This document shows, piece after piece, positions 50,712 through 63,885 of a stretch of 64,000 nucleotides of DNA (within the stretch, counting starts at the first letter, position 1; every line of letters starts with the position of its first letter). The position numbers and the translations under genes were made by a program. Under the pieces are notes generated by a model, which saw nothing but the letters and a program-made list of their open reading frames with translations, did not search any database and was not told where the DNA came from. Source of the DNA: a bacterium (GTDB lineage: Bacteria; Bdellovibrionota_B; Oligoflexia; Oligoflexales; RGVZ01); the NCBI GenBank assembly GCA_043757325.1, contig JAYVPO010000026.1, positions 22,391 to 86,390 on the forward strand. Reading direction: 5' to 3'.

Positions 50712-51298
50712 TTTTGAGCCGGTGGAACAAATACGCCGGTGATTTTACCTTGCATGATAAGCTGCTGCTTTTTTAAATCGTAACTAAATCCATTGGCGCT
50801 TTTCATTTTTTTATTTGGGCCTTCGATTGTGGTTTCAAGTTCTGATTGTAACGTATCGGTTTTAAATAGGTAATCGGCTTTTTCAGTCAGCAGCATCATA
50901 TCCATAAATCCGGCTTCAACGCCTTCCGTTAATAAGGCTTTATCAACTGGAGGGCTTTGCAGCATTTTTCCAAAATTATCGGCCTGAAACAAAATCGTTG
51001 CGGTGTGAGTTCTTAAAATTTCTTTACTTTCGCCTTTCTCGTCTGTTTTGTATCGAATGCCCACGGGATTACCTTCAACCAATATTCGGTTTGGTTCATA
51101 AAGTCTTGCAGACCTTGCAGAAAAGCGCGATTCGAGTTTTTGAATTTGATAACGGTACACATCAAATTCTTCTAGAGTCACCCTTGATTCATCGCCAATG
51201 GAATGAGGCTTTGTACGCTGGGTGCGCTCTTTTTTTACGTAAATTGCTCCAGCTAAGCTCAGAAGCAAAACAACTGATATAACAATACTTTTTTTCAC
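50708..51298 (-). CDS. lptC: LPS export protein LptC (probable)
   Basis: 196 aa with a single N-terminal TM, immediately upstream of and overlapping lptA. Called by size and synteny. Confidence 0.55.
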   Translation of the reverse strand: MKKSIVISVVLLLSLAGAIYVKKERTQRTKPHSIGDESRVTLEEFDVYRYQIQKLESRFSARSARLYEPNRILVEGNPVGIRYKTDEKGESKEILRTHTATILFQADNFGKMLQSPPVDKALLTEGVEAGFMDMMLLTEKADYLFKTDTLQSELETTIEGPNKKMKSANGFSYDLKKQQLIMQGKITGVFVPPAQK

Positions 51299-51328
51299 AA
51301 GTTTCGAACGCCTTTTACAGTCTTCATT

Positions 51329-52285
51329 TTAACGGCCCAAATCATGTAAGCGCAGAAGCCCAGTAAATTCTCCTAATCTCAAAACAATCGCCGAGGTTAT
51401 CTGAAAATCTCGCATAAGTTTCTCCGCATTTAGTGCCAAATCATCGAGAGCAACTGTCTTGGGATTTTTTGACATAAATTCTTTGGCGCATTTTTTTAAC
51501 GCGCTGTCTTTTTCTTTGCTCAAAACCCGTCTGATATCTCCATCAGAAATAATTCCCAAAACTTTATTTTTGTCGTCTAAAACGGGTACCACACCGTAAT
51601 TTTTTTCGGCCATGGCTTTGATAACATCAAAAAAAGACGTGTTTTCGTCAACTACGGGAACATCTTGCCGCATTAAATCTTTGACTAAAAGTAATTTCCG
51701 CCCCAAGCTTCCGCCCGGGTGAAATGCGGCAAAATTCTGGGTTTCAAAACCACGTGCGCGCATCAATGAAACGGCCAGCGCATCACCTAAAGCCATCGTG
51801 ACAGTGGTTGAAGTAGTTGGGGCCAAATTATGCGGGCAAATTTCTTTTGCAATTTCTACACTTAAAAAATAATCTGCCATTCTGGCCAGAGATGAATCTT
51901 TAAAACCACTGATTGCAATGATTTTTATGCCTTTCAGCTTGCAGAATTTCGCCACCTCGAGCACTTCTGACGTCTCGCCTCCAAAAGCAATGGCCAGAAG
52001 TAAATCCTGGCTTTGTATAACACCCAAATCACCGTGAATAGCTTCTGACGGATGCAAAAAAAAAGCAGCCGTACCGGTACTGGAGAATGTCGCCGCGATT
52101 TTTCGAGCTACATGCCCCGATTTTCCAAGTCCTGTCACTACGATTTTGCCGGAGGTTTTTAAAATTTCTTCAACCGCTAAAACAAAATCCTGAGCCAAGT
52201 TTTTCGATGCGAGTAAAAGGGCTTCGCCTTCAGATCTCAAGCTTTCCTGGCCAACTTTTAAAATATTCACAGGCATGGTATTCAA
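51329..52285 (-). CDS. kdsD: arabinose-5-phosphate isomerase (SIS + tandem CBS)
   Basis: SIS domain (VTGLGKSGHV), C-terminal CBS pair, upstream of lptC. Confidence 0.8.
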   Translation of the reverse strand: MNTMPVNILKVGQESLRSEGEALLLASKNLAQDFVLAVEEILKTSGKIVVTGLGKSGHVARKIAATFSSTGTAAFFLHPSEAIHGDLGVIQSQDLLLAIAFGGETSEVLEVAKFCKLKGIKIIAISGFKDSSLARMADYFLSVEIAKEICPHNLAPTTSTTVTMALGDALAVSLMRARGFETQNFAAFHPGGSLGRKLLLVKDLMRQDVPVVDENTSFFDVIKAMAEKNYGVVPVLDDKNKVLGIISDGDIRRVLSKEKDSALKKCAKEFMSKNPKTVALDDLALNAEKLMRDFQITSAIVLRLGEFTGLLRLHDLGR

Positions 52286-52288
52286 GAT

Positions 52289-54609
<2,321 letters not shown>

Positions 54610-54695
54610 TTTGGCTTTAATTTTCCTATCAGACTATATTTTGGTACAATAGAGCTAGTTAAGCAATATGTTAAGCAATGAGATAAGGGTAAAAA

Positions 54696-55559
54696 ATGCG
54701 CAACTGCGCTTTGCTTTTAGTTTTTCTAATCGGCTGTAAGCCTGTTGTAAAATTAGGCCGAATTTTGTCAGAAAATGCCGCGGGGGAGGCCAAGACTACG
54801 CCACCAGCGACAGATCCCAATGGCGAGTCCTTAAAATCGTTGGTTTATTTTAGATTTGAGTTTGCTCAAAAAAGCGCTTCCGCTTCCCAATTGCAACTTT
54901 CTGAGCTGTTAAAGCCAGAAGAACTTTTAACCAAACTACGACCGGTACAAGGCTGTGTAAAAGATGTGAATAAAGTGAAAACATTTGAAGAGATCGCGGG
55001 AGCCACAAAAAACTCCAAGCCCTTGCAGTCTATCTCAACCTCCGGATTTGCCCAGGGAATTGGCACCCCAAACTCTCATTTCGATTTTTCTTTCGTTTAT
55101 AATCTGTTGCAGTTTGATTTGAAAACCTGGGATTTTATGGTCTCTGATCGTCCTGTTTTTCATGCTGTGGCCCCAGCTTTTTTTAAATCGGTTGATGTCT
55201 CGCAAAAAAGCACAAACTTTGACGTTTGGAACACCGAACTTCTTAACCCTTCCGAATCCCAGACTGTGCAGTTTAATGAAAATATAAAAGTTTCTTGGGA
55301 ATTAAACAATGTTTTCGAAAGCCCAAATGAAACCTCTTATTCTCAAGTAATGGTGTTTTTAAAATCTCAATCAGGCGGCCAGATCACCTGTGCTTTTAGT
55401 GCTGAAAAAGGCTCAGATACGATATCGAAAGACTTATTTTCTACATGGACTGATCCCGAAATTTCCCTTTCCATTCAGTTACAAAATGTGAAAATATACC
55501 CGACGCAAAGCCTTTTAATTGCAAGTTATGACTGGCGTTATTCAACTATAAAACCTTAA
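54696..55559 (+). CDS. hypothetical lipoprotein
   Basis: Lipobox LIGCKP. No family recognised. Confidence 0.4.
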   Translation: MRNCALLLVFLIGCKPVVKLGRILSENAAGEAKTTPPATDPNGESLKSLVYFRFEFAQKSASASQLQLSELLKPEELLTKLRPVQGCVKDVNKVKTFEEIAGATKNSKPLQSISTSGFAQGIGTPNSHFDFSFVYNLLQFDLKTWDFMVSDRPVFHAVAPAFFKSVDVSQKSTNFDVWNTELLNPSESQTVQFNENIKVSWELNNVFESPNETSYSQVMVFLKSQSGGQITCAFSAEKGSDTISKDLFSTWTDPEISLSIQLQNVKIYPTQSLLIASYDWRYSTIKP

Positions 55560-55583
55560 AATTAAAGTTCATGGAGGACAATT

Positions 55584-56750
55584 ATGAAGTTAGGAATGAA
55601 ATCAGAAATGAAATCAGAAATGAAATTAGAATTTAAATCGACTTTAAGAAAAGCACTGCTCACATCGGGAATGCTCGGGTTTTACAATAATCCCGAGTGT
55701 TTTGCTGATCAAATCACAAAACTTCTTTCTAAACAGTCGGCTGCAGCCGTAGAAACAAATGATAGTTCTGCTTATAAAAAAGGCTCGGCTCTTTGTTTTG
55801 AAGATAGTACCGGTCAAAAAGTAGGCTGTGGAAAAGTTGTGAAGATCACGCCGGAAAAAATCTACGTGCGCTTTCCCAAAGGGGTCTATGACAAGGTTTC
55901 TGTGGGATTAAACGTCGCTGGAAAAACTTCCGGTTCCTCTGCGGATAAGGGTGCTGATAAAGTCGAAAAAGAGGTCGGAAGTGATGGCTTTGTTGACAAA
56001 AAATCTGACGAGAAGTCCTCTGCAAAGTTCGTTTTGAAAAAAGTCCCTTCATCAATGCGGCTTCTTTACTTGGTGCAGCCAGTTAGCCCGGTAATTTATT
56101 CCAATCTAACTTACGACAACACTCAAAACCCAAAAGGAAATCCTTGGCTTGCGGACTCTGTCACCAAGTCGTCTTTTTTTGGAATTGCCGGAGAAGGCCG
56201 AATTGGCCTTTCAAAAGCGGCCATTGACTTAGGTCTTAGTTACCGGAAAATTGCTCCGGCTACAATAACCTCTAACTATATTTCGGGAGCAACCACCGCC
56301 GACTATCTTGAAAACGTCGCCAGCTTATCAGCCATCAGGTTTTGGGGAGATTACGTGAAGTATTTTGCGATGAGTAAAAGCGTTGGCATCCCTATGAAAG
56401 TCGGACTTGATTTTGATATGTCGACTGTAAGCTTTGTTTCGTCTTTTAAAAATGATTCCAAAGCTCCTTCCAGTGCGGATTTTGTTGCAGCTACGTCAAA
56501 AATTAATGTGATTTCTTTGCGACTTGGTGGTGGGCTTGATTGGACCATTTTTGGACCGGTTGGAATAAGCGTGGGCGGCGTTTTGATTATTCCGGTAACC
56601 CAAATGGGTGGGTCTTTTGCTGCAGATAATTTTGATGCCAATTATGCAAAAAAGCCTGATACCAAAGTATCTGATTTGCAGGACGCCATTGCCCATAAAA
56701 AAGGCAGCTTTGGATTTGAAGGAACACTAGGAATGTTTGCCTCTTTTTAA
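55584..56750 (+). CDS. hypothetical outer-membrane beta-barrel-like protein
   Basis: GGAGGA RBS 5 nt upstream of the ATG. N-terminal MKLGMKSEMKSEMKLE is encoded by a 12-bp tandem DNA repeat. C-terminal ...MFASF suggests an OMP. Confidence 0.4.
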   Translation: MKLGMKSEMKSEMKLEFKSTLRKALLTSGMLGFYNNPECFADQITKLLSKQSAAAVETNDSSAYKKGSALCFEDSTGQKVGCGKVVKITPEKIYVRFPKGVYDKVSVGLNVAGKTSGSSADKGADKVEKEVGSDGFVDKKSDEKSSAKFVLKKVPSSMRLLYLVQPVSPVIYSNLTYDNTQNPKGNPWLADSVTKSSFFGIAGEGRIGLSKAAIDLGLSYRKIAPATITSNYISGATTADYLENVASLSAIRFWGDYVKYFAMSKSVGIPMKVGLDFDMSTVSFVSSFKNDSKAPSSADFVAATSKINVISLRLGGGLDWTIFGPVGISVGGVLIIPVTQMGGSFAADNFDANYAKKPDTKVSDLQDAIAHKKGSFGFEGTLGMFASF

Positions 56751-56813
56751 TGCAGTAGGATTTGATAAAACTCCCGTTGGGTTGAATGAATTTTTAAACA
56801 TTTTATCGGTTCA

Positions 56814-57797
56814 TTATTTTAAAAATAAATCGCAGAATTTTTGGGCAAAAATATCTGCAAATTGAAAGCCTGACTTATAAAATCCGCCGATAAAAAATAT
56901 TTTTTGGTTTTCGGAAAGTTTTTCTAACTCCAGTATTCGCGGTAGGCGATCAGAAAACCTTGTTCGAGTACCAGTCCATTTGTGTTCTAGAAGTAACCCC
57001 TGTTCGAAATGACTTGATAAAGCTTCAAAATCATTAAGATCATCTTCAGGTAAATTTTCTGCGGTAGTGGTCGTCGAACCAAGCCTAAAGTGATCACTAA
57101 AATAGCCTAAATTCCGGCCCTTGTGCGTAAATCCGCGCATCACTGATCCTGGGCTGACTGCTCCGTAAAAGGTTTTACCTGCTAAATACCTCAAGTCCAA
57201 TTTAGTCAAACCTAACTGATCGAGTAAACTATTCGCGTCTTTTCCACAGGCTAAAAGTATATTTTTTGCTGAAAGTATCGCGCCTTTTTTGGTTTTGATT
57301 TCATAGTAATCTGGCCGCCTGAGAATACTTTCCACATGACTCAAGTGAATTGAGTGGTTTTTTTTCGCGTGCTCTAACAAGGCGTTTAAAAGCTCTGCAA
57401 CATTGAAAATAAAGTCTTCTGGATAAATAAACCCTTTATTAGTTTTTTTAACCGAGAAGTTTTCTAGAGGCTGTTCTTTATAGATTCGCCACTGGATATC
57501 ATGTATTTCTTGCTCATTTAAAAACCGCTCTTCAATTCCGTAAATTAAAGAAATACTTTGGTTAGTAGCCTCTGATATTTCAGCTATCCATTTTGGTAAG
57601 TGGTGGTGACCCAGTTGCTTTAATTGAAAAAGCTCGCCGCGGGCAACGGTTATACCTTTGTGTGTGCTTACTCCAGTTGCGCAGTGACTTGCCGCAAGTT
57701 CTGGTCTTCCTAGGAGAATGACTTTCTTATTTTTTATTCTAAAACTTACGGCTAAACCGGCAATTCCGCATCCAATTATGGCTAAATCATAGGGCAT
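56814..57797 (-). CDS. FAD-dependent oxidoreductase
   Basis: Dinucleotide-binding motif IIGCGIAGLAV at the N-terminus. Confidence 0.6.
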   Translation of the reverse strand: MPYDLAIIGCGIAGLAVSFRIKNKKVILLGRPELAASHCATGVSTHKGITVARGELFQLKQLGHHHLPKWIAEISEATNQSISLIYGIEERFLNEQEIHDIQWRIYKEQPLENFSVKKTNKGFIYPEDFIFNVAELLNALLEHAKKNHSIHLSHVESILRRPDYYEIKTKKGAILSAKNILLACGKDANSLLDQLGLTKLDLRYLAGKTFYGAVSPGSVMRGFTHKGRNLGYFSDHFRLGSTTTTAENLPEDDLNDFEALSSHFEQGLLLEHKWTGTRTRFSDRLPRILELEKLSENQKIFFIGGFYKSGFQFADIFAQKFCDLFLK

Positions 57798-57803
57798 TAT
57801 TAC

Positions 57804-58730
57804 TTAAAAAGTTTTAGCTTGAAGATTTTGGTAAGCGTAGTCAAAAACCTGAGCCCGAAAATCTTTCCAGCTTTTTTGCACAGAAAAAGATTTTGCAACG
57901 CGATTGGTAAGTAATACGACATAGGCTGAAGATTTTGGTTCAACCCAAAAAGCACATCCTGTGAAGCCGTAGTGGCCCATAGTTTTTCCGGCAAAGAAAG
58001 CTTTAGCTGCATCATCTCCACCTTGTCTAAGCCCGAGCAAACTTTCGTTTTTTAAATCTTCCGAAATCAATTGCGCATTGGCAGAAAAATACCCGGGATA
58101 AGCTTTATTTAAAAATAAATTCTGAAGATTTGAAATAAGCTCATTTCCCGTTAGAAAAAGGCCTGCGTGGCCCGCAAATCCGCTGGTTTTTTCAATTGCG
58201 TAGGCATTATCGTCGTGAACTTCTCCCTTAAGTATTCTTTGCCTAATGGCAGAAAAGCCTGTAGACACGGCCGTTTTTAAATTTTCAAAAGAAGGGCTTT
58301 TAAAAGGGATCTCTTTAATTTGAGCCATTAAAATAAATCCAAGATCGGAATAAACGGGTGTTTTTTTGGTCAACTTTACATCAGAAAATACTTCTAATAC
58401 TGATCTTCTTTGATGTTCTGATTGCGTAAAAAAATTTTTCCAAGCTGGCAGACCGGCTTCGTGGCGAAGACATTCGTAAGCATTTAACGACCGCAATTTA
58501 ATCGAAAAGGGCTTCAAAAATCCAAGTTTTTTAAACGGTGTTTTTAAATCCAGACCATTTTTTTGATAGTAGTCAAAAATCTGCGGCCCAGTTACAAGAG
58601 CTTTGGTTAAACTAGAAACATCAAAAGTCGAGTCTTCTGAAACGTTTGTAGCCATTTTTTCGGGCGAAGTATTTTTTAAAAAGCCGCAGGCAAAAAAATA
58701 ACTATCAAAAAGATCACTTTCAAAATTCAC
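57804..58730 (-). CDS. serine hydrolase, beta-lactamase/transpeptidase-like family
   Basis: SxxK motif (SSLTKAL) near the N-terminus. 308 aa. Confidence 0.55.
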   Translation of the reverse strand: MNFESDLFDSYFFACGFLKNTSPEKMATNVSEDSTFDVSSLTKALVTGPQIFDYYQKNGLDLKTPFKKLGFLKPFSIKLRSLNAYECLRHEAGLPAWKNFFTQSEHQRRSVLEVFSDVKLTKKTPVYSDLGFILMAQIKEIPFKSPSFENLKTAVSTGFSAIRQRILKGEVHDDNAYAIEKTSGFAGHAGLFLTGNELISNLQNLFLNKAYPGYFSANAQLISEDLKNESLLGLRQGGDDAAKAFFAGKTMGHYGFTGCAFWVEPKSSAYVVLLTNRVAKSFSVQKSWKDFRAQVFDYAYQNLQAKTF

Positions 58731-60205
58731 TTCAGAAGATCGCTTTTTAACGCGATTTTTTGTTTGATAAGGTCATTTACTATTCCTGGATTAAATTTTC
58801 CTTGGCTTTTTTTCATAACTTGACCAACAAAGAATCCGAAAACTCGCTCTCTTCCAGAAAGATATTCTTTAACTTGTTCAAGATTCGAGTCAATAACTTC
58901 TTGGACGACTTTTTCAATTTCTAAAGTATCAGAAATTTGCACCAGGCCTTTTTCTTTTACGATATCTTCGGCGGATTTCTGAGATGTAAGCATATCTTCA
59001 AAAACCGTTTTGGCGATTTTTCCAGATATGGTGTTATTTCCAATTAAAGTGAGTAGTCCCGCAAGGCGTTCGGACGAAAAAGGCATATTTTCCCAAAGCC
59101 ATTCGCGCTCGTTTACTTCTCTTACAAGTTCGCTAATAATCCAGTTTGCGGCAATTTTTGCAGGAATTTGTCCCTTCGAAAAAACCACCGTTTTTTCAAA
59201 ATAATGTGCCAAATCTTTATCGGCGGTTAAAATCAAAGCATCATAACTTGAAAGTTCATAAGTTTTTTCAAACCGCACACACATCGCCTTGGGAAGCTCT
59301 GGCATTTTTTGGCGAACGGCTGCTACACGTGCAGGATGTAAAATCAATGGACTTAGATCTGGCTCTGGAAAATAGCGATAATCTTGGCTGTCTTCTTTTG
59401 ACCGCATAGGGCTTGTTTTACCGCTTGCGGCATCGAATAAAAGAGTCTGCTGCTTAATCAATTCACCCGCATCTAAGGCGTCTCTTTGGCGTAGAATTTC
59501 ATATCGCAAAGCGCGCTCGATATTTTTGAAGGAATTAAGATTTTTGATTTCACAACGAGTGCCAAGTTTTTCGCCTTTTTTTCGCAAAGAAATATTTGCG
59601 TCGCAGCGAAAAGATCCTTCTTCCAAATTGCCATCATTGACATCCAAATGCCTGACAAGGCTTCGAAGAATTTTCAAATATTCGCTGGCCTCTTCAGGAC
59701 TTTCCAGGTCAGGATGTGTGACGATTTCAATAAGCGGCATGCCCGCACGGTTTAAATCTACGTAGCTAGAGTTTTCTGCATGGACGTTTTTTCCGGCATC
59801 TTCTTCCATATGCGCACGCAAGATCCGAATGGTTTTGCCGCTAGATAGTACTATTTTGCCGTCTGTTGCATAAGGCAGATCATACTGGGTGATCTGATAG
59901 CCTTTGGGCAAATCAGGGTAAAAATACTGCTTTCGAGAAAACACACTTTTTTCATTCACGTCTGCTTCTACAGCCAGAGCAAATCGAATGGCCAGGTTTA
60001 CGGCCTCGTGATTTAAAACAGGTAGGACCCCCGGATGGCCTAAACAAATCGGGCAGGTATTTGAGTTCGGAAGGCTTCCGAACTTAGTAGTGCACGAGCA
60101 AAAAAGTTTTGTGGCGGTTTTAAGCTGACAGTGAACTTCTAACCCGATAACTGTTTCGTAAGTATTCACGATGCCGCTCCAAAGTTCGGGTGCTTTTTGA
60201 CCCAA
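58727..60205 (-). CDS. gatB: Asp/Glu-tRNA amidotransferase subunit B
   Basis: ETVIGLEVHCQL N-terminal motif, 492 aa, in gatCAB order. Confidence 0.95.
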   Translation of the reverse strand: MGQKAPELWSGIVNTYETVIGLEVHCQLKTATKLFCSCTTKFGSLPNSNTCPICLGHPGVLPVLNHEAVNLAIRFALAVEADVNEKSVFSRKQYFYPDLPKGYQITQYDLPYATDGKIVLSSGKTIRILRAHMEEDAGKNVHAENSSYVDLNRAGMPLIEIVTHPDLESPEEASEYLKILRSLVRHLDVNDGNLEEGSFRCDANISLRKKGEKLGTRCEIKNLNSFKNIERALRYEILRQRDALDAGELIKQQTLLFDAASGKTSPMRSKEDSQDYRYFPEPDLSPLILHPARVAAVRQKMPELPKAMCVRFEKTYELSSYDALILTADKDLAHYFEKTVVFSKGQIPAKIAANWIISELVREVNEREWLWENMPFSSERLAGLLTLIGNNTISGKIAKTVFEDMLTSQKSAEDIVKEKGLVQISDTLEIEKVVQEVIDSNLEQVKEYLSGRERVFGFFVGQVMKKSQGKFNPGIVNDLIKQKIALKSDLLK

Positions 60206-61602
60206 TCGTGACTGGACTCGTAAAGATAGGCTGCTTGGAGCATTGTCTTTTCATCTTCATGATCAGCGATTATTTGCAGGCCAACGGGCAGTCCTTTTTG
60301 ATCAAATCCACACGGAATAGAAACCGCCGGAACGCCGGTTAAGTTTATGGAAATGGTGCAAATATCACTTAAATACATCGCTAGTGGATTATCCGACTTT
60401 TCTCCGATTTTAAAGGCTGTTTCTGAAGCAGTTGGAGAAAGCAAAAGATCAAAATTCTTAAATACCTGCTTAAATTCCGAGGTTATTAATAGTCGCGCAT
60501 TGTTTGCTTTTGCGTAGTAGGCGTCGTAATACCCGGAAGACAAAACAAAAGTTCCAAGCATGATGCGTTGTTTAACTTCTTTTCCGAAACCTTGGCTACG
60601 TGTTTCTAAATAAACATCATTTAATGAGCTGTGTGTAGTTTGAACGCGGTTTCCATAACGGATTCCATCAAATCTTGCTAAGTTAGCCGAAGCTTCTGCG
60701 GTTGCTAAAACGTAGTAGGTTGAAACCGCATATTTCAACGACGGAATAGAAACTTCTTCGACGCTTGCACCAAGTTTTTTCAAATCATCTACGGCTTTAA
60801 AAAATGCGGTTTTAACATCTTCAGAGGTACCCTCTCCAACCAGATCTTTTACCACTGCAAATTTAAGTTTTGACAGGTCTTTTCTTTCGGTTAAAACCGG
60901 CGCAATTTTTGTAGGTTCACGTTTTAAAGACGTTGAATCTAAAGGGTCATGGCCGGAAATACAATCTAGGATAATAGCGCTATCTTTTACGGTTTTCGTC
61001 ATGGGTCCAATTTGATCAAGACTAGATCCGAAGGCTACTAAGCCAAAGCGTGAGACTCGGCCGTAAGTTGGTTTTACACCGACAATTCCGCATAAACTTG
61101 CAGGCTGCCTGATGGATCCTCCGGTATCAGAGCCAAGAGCTGCCACTGCAAAATCGGCTGCCACGCTAGCAGCGGAGCCGCCTGATGATCCACCAGGAAC
61201 CCGCGTTAAATCCCACGGATTTTTCACTGGTCCAAAAGAAGAATTTTCGTTGGAACTACCCATCGCAAATTCATCGCAATTTAATTTTCCAAAAATCAGA
61301 GCTCCGGCTTTTTTTAATTTTTTAATGACCGTTGCGTCATAGGAAGGAATGAAATTTTTTAAAATTTGCGACGCGCAGGTTAAAGGCATTCCTTCGACGG
61401 AAATATTATCTTTGATAAGAATGGGAATATTTCCAAGCGATCCATGCGGGTTTTCCGAAGGTTGAATTTTTTCAGGTGCAAAGTAAAGATGCGAATTGAG
61501 TTGGCTTTTTAAGTCGAGATTTCTTTTAACGTAAAACTTCTTGACATCTTCCGGAGCTTCTTCGCGGCATTTTTCAATATCAAGAGAGTAGGGGGTGATC
61601 AT
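60166..61602 (-). CDS. gatA: Glu-tRNA(Gln) amidotransferase subunit A
   Basis: Amidase signature GGSSGGSAA and catalytic Ser-cisSer-Lys context. Confidence 0.95.
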   Translation of the reverse strand: MITPYSLDIEKCREEAPEDVKKFYVKRNLDLKSQLNSHLYFAPEKIQPSENPHGSLGNIPILIKDNISVEGMPLTCASQILKNFIPSYDATVIKKLKKAGALIFGKLNCDEFAMGSSNENSSFGPVKNPWDLTRVPGGSSGGSAASVAADFAVAALGSDTGGSIRQPASLCGIVGVKPTYGRVSRFGLVAFGSSLDQIGPMTKTVKDSAIILDCISGHDPLDSTSLKREPTKIAPVLTERKDLSKLKFAVVKDLVGEGTSEDVKTAFFKAVDDLKKLGASVEEVSIPSLKYAVSTYYVLATAEASANLARFDGIRYGNRVQTTHSSLNDVYLETRSQGFGKEVKQRIMLGTFVLSSGYYDAYYAKANNARLLITSEFKQVFKNFDLLLSPTASETAFKIGEKSDNPLAMYLSDICTISINLTGVPAVSIPCGFDQKGLPVGLQIIADHEDEKTMLQAAYLYESSHDWVKKHPNFGAAS

Positions 61603-61871
61603 TCCAAAATCCTCGGCACACGAATCGCACTTCCTACTTTATCGGGCGAAGATTTTAAAAGCTCTTCAGTTGCGAGACTTTCGATAATCATATCGTCTCT
61701 CTCAGGTAACTCTAGAAACAATTGAGATTTGTCATCAAAGGTTAATGTTTCAAGATTTTTAATATATTCGACAATTTTTTCCAACTGACCTTGGTAATAA
61801 TTTAATTCTTGGTCAGAAAGCTTTAATTTAGCAAGCTTAGCGACTTTCTTTACTTCATCTAGTGAAATCAT
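61599..61871 (-). CDS. gatC: Asp/Glu-tRNA amidotransferase subunit C
   Basis: 90 aa with an MISLDEVKKVAKLAKL start, overlapping gatA. Confidence 0.85.
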   Translation of the reverse strand: MISLDEVKKVAKLAKLKLSDQELNYYQGQLEKIVEYIKNLETLTFDDKSQLFLELPERDDMIIESLATEELLKSSPDKVGSAIRVPRILE

Positions 61872-62169
61872 TTTTTAAAATCCTACGAGCGCTGAGGTAC
61901 CAATATATTTAATACAAGGTCTTTTAGCAATGGCTTAAGGGTACAATTTTTTTGCGCGGTCTGAGATCGAACCGGGTTTTTGTAGTATCCCCAGCACGCG
62001 TCATTACCGCAACTTCTTTTTTTTTGGTGTGACTGCAGTAAATAGGCCTCTATCATGGCAAATGTGGTTTTGAAACATTTACTTTCAGCACGATAACTTA
62101 GTGAGAATTATTCTTTTTGCATTTATCTTCTCAAATGATGCTAAAAGCATTATTGTAAAAGGATAAAAA

Positions 62170-63327
62170 ATGGCGGTTAAAAAATCCGATTTAGAAATAA
62201 ACTTTCAATATGATAATCTCGTAGAAAGGCAAAACATATGCAATCGTCATAGGGAAATTACACAAATCAATACCATGATCGAACGCAAGCAAAAGATAGT
62301 ACTCTATGCCCCAAGGAGGTACGGTAAAACGTCTTTAATGTTGAATGTTAGCGCACAATTTTTTCTAAAAAGACAGAAACACAGTATCGTCGTGTACGTT
62401 GACTTTATGGACGTTGCAGATCTGGAGTCCATCGAGAAGCGATTTGCAGACAGCCTGGTCCAGGGTTTTAAATCTCATATCGAACCAAAGTCGCTTATCA
62501 ATATAATAGTGCAGTATTTCAAAAATTTAGCATTAGCAATTGATATTGATCCCATAAGTGGAAGCCCAAGTATCTCCTTGAAAAATTATGCTCACTCTGA
62601 ACGCAAGTCTATCGATGGCTATTTTAAAAACATGGCTAAGCTTGGCGAAAAGTACCCGCTTCTTCTGATATTTGATGAATTTCAAGACATTAAAAAAATC
62701 CCTGAGGCCGAGGCTATTCTGCGAAAAAATATGCAACAAATTGGGAAAGTTCCGATTCTTATTTCTGGCTCAAAACGGACGTTATTAAGTGAAATATTTG
62801 CTTTTTCCAAAGCCCCATTTTTTGGCTATGGAGATGAGGTAACTTTTGAGCCTATCTCAATCCAATCCTGGGTGGCATATTTTAATCAGCGTCTCAAAAA
62901 ATATAACAAAAAAATTGACGAATGCTGCCTCGAACAGATTTGTCAAAAACTTTTCCAAGTACCAAACGCAATCTGTGAAGTGGGATTCTGGTTACAGCAC
63001 GATGCAGCAACTCTAACTCTGTCCGAAGCTGCTGTCTGGACATCGATCAACCGACTCATTGCATCTAAGTCACAAAGTTTTAGATATTATTTGGCACCCT
63101 ATTCCGTCAAAGAAAAATCTATAATGCAAGCGATAGCGCGGAACAATTACATTGCAAAACCCAACAGTAAAGAATTTTTACGAGAAGTTTTAAGCAATGC
63201 AAGTAGCGTAACAAAATCTTTCCAAAAGATGCTTAATCTAGGGGTGATCGAATGGGAAATAGATAAGGGATATCGACTTTCTGATCCTCTTTTAAGTATG
63301 TTTTTATCCAAACAGTCTGGGTTTTAA
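62170..63327 (+). CDS. AAA-family ATPase (Arch_ATPase / ATP-binding DUF-type), orphan
   Basis: Walker A LYAPRRYGKTSL and Walker B LLLIFDEFQD, followed by a C-terminal winged-helix-like region. Confidence 0.65.
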   Translation: MAVKKSDLEINFQYDNLVERQNICNRHREITQINTMIERKQKIVLYAPRRYGKTSLMLNVSAQFFLKRQKHSIVVYVDFMDVADLESIEKRFADSLVQGFKSHIEPKSLINIIVQYFKNLALAIDIDPISGSPSISLKNYAHSERKSIDGYFKNMAKLGEKYPLLLIFDEFQDIKKIPEAEAILRKNMQQIGKVPILISGSKRTLLSEIFAFSKAPFFGYGDEVTFEPISIQSWVAYFNQRLKKYNKKIDECCLEQICQKLFQVPNAICEVGFWLQHDAATLTLSEAAVWTSINRLIASKSQSFRYYLAPYSVKEKSIMQAIARNNYIAKPNSKEFLREVLSNASSVTKSFQKMLNLGVIEWEIDKGYRLSDPLLSMFLSKQSGF

Positions 63328-63403
63328 TTTGTTTTATAACGAGAGGAGTTGTTGGTTACATAAGTTAAAGTGTAATTTATCAGTAATCGAAGGTTAATAT
63401 TAG

Positions 63404-63738
63404 ATGCAATTTTCTGAGCGGGTTAATGTTTTGCGGACTAGTCACCTCTACGTTCGTCCTTGTCTTCGACTTTGGCCTTTTCATGGCCTTTGGAGTTGAA
63501 CCTGATCGTCATCGGAAGGCGCTGTCATCGGCGGCTTCCGTCAGCTAAGCCTGAAAAACTCGATACATAAATATCAAAGACTCGATTTTATCAAAATAAC
63601 GCATTAAAATTTGAACGGCAACGCCTTCCGGCGACGATCAAGATCACCTAAAAGGCAACGAAAACGCCGATGTCAAGGACAAGGACAGACGTAGAGATGA
63701 CATGCCTAAGAAAAATTAACCCGCTCAGAAAATTGCAT
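63404..63738. repeat. ~335-bp long imperfect palindrome (inverted duplication)
   Basis: The outer 24 bp are perfect (ATGCAATTTTCTGAGCGGGTTAAT / ATTAACCCGCTCAGAAAATTGCAT). The arms continue at roughly 75% identity for ~125 bp each, around a symmetry centre near 63571. Confidence 0.7.
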
Positions 63739-63885
63739 ACAATGTTAACCGGTTGTTATTGACCTGACTTTTCCTTAAAAAACGCACACTACAAATCAAT
63801 TTCTGGACAGACCACTTTTAAAATAGAAATTTGTTGATTTGTAAGGGTTATTAACTTAGAAATCTGATCTTTTTGGGTCGCGATA

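Noticed and set aside
61954-62012. GATCGAACC-containing, relatively GC-rich segment resembling the T-arm of a minus-strand tRNA
   Set aside because: Could not fold a cloverleaf. The T-stem halves are not complementary, and no acceptor/anticodon arms are present.
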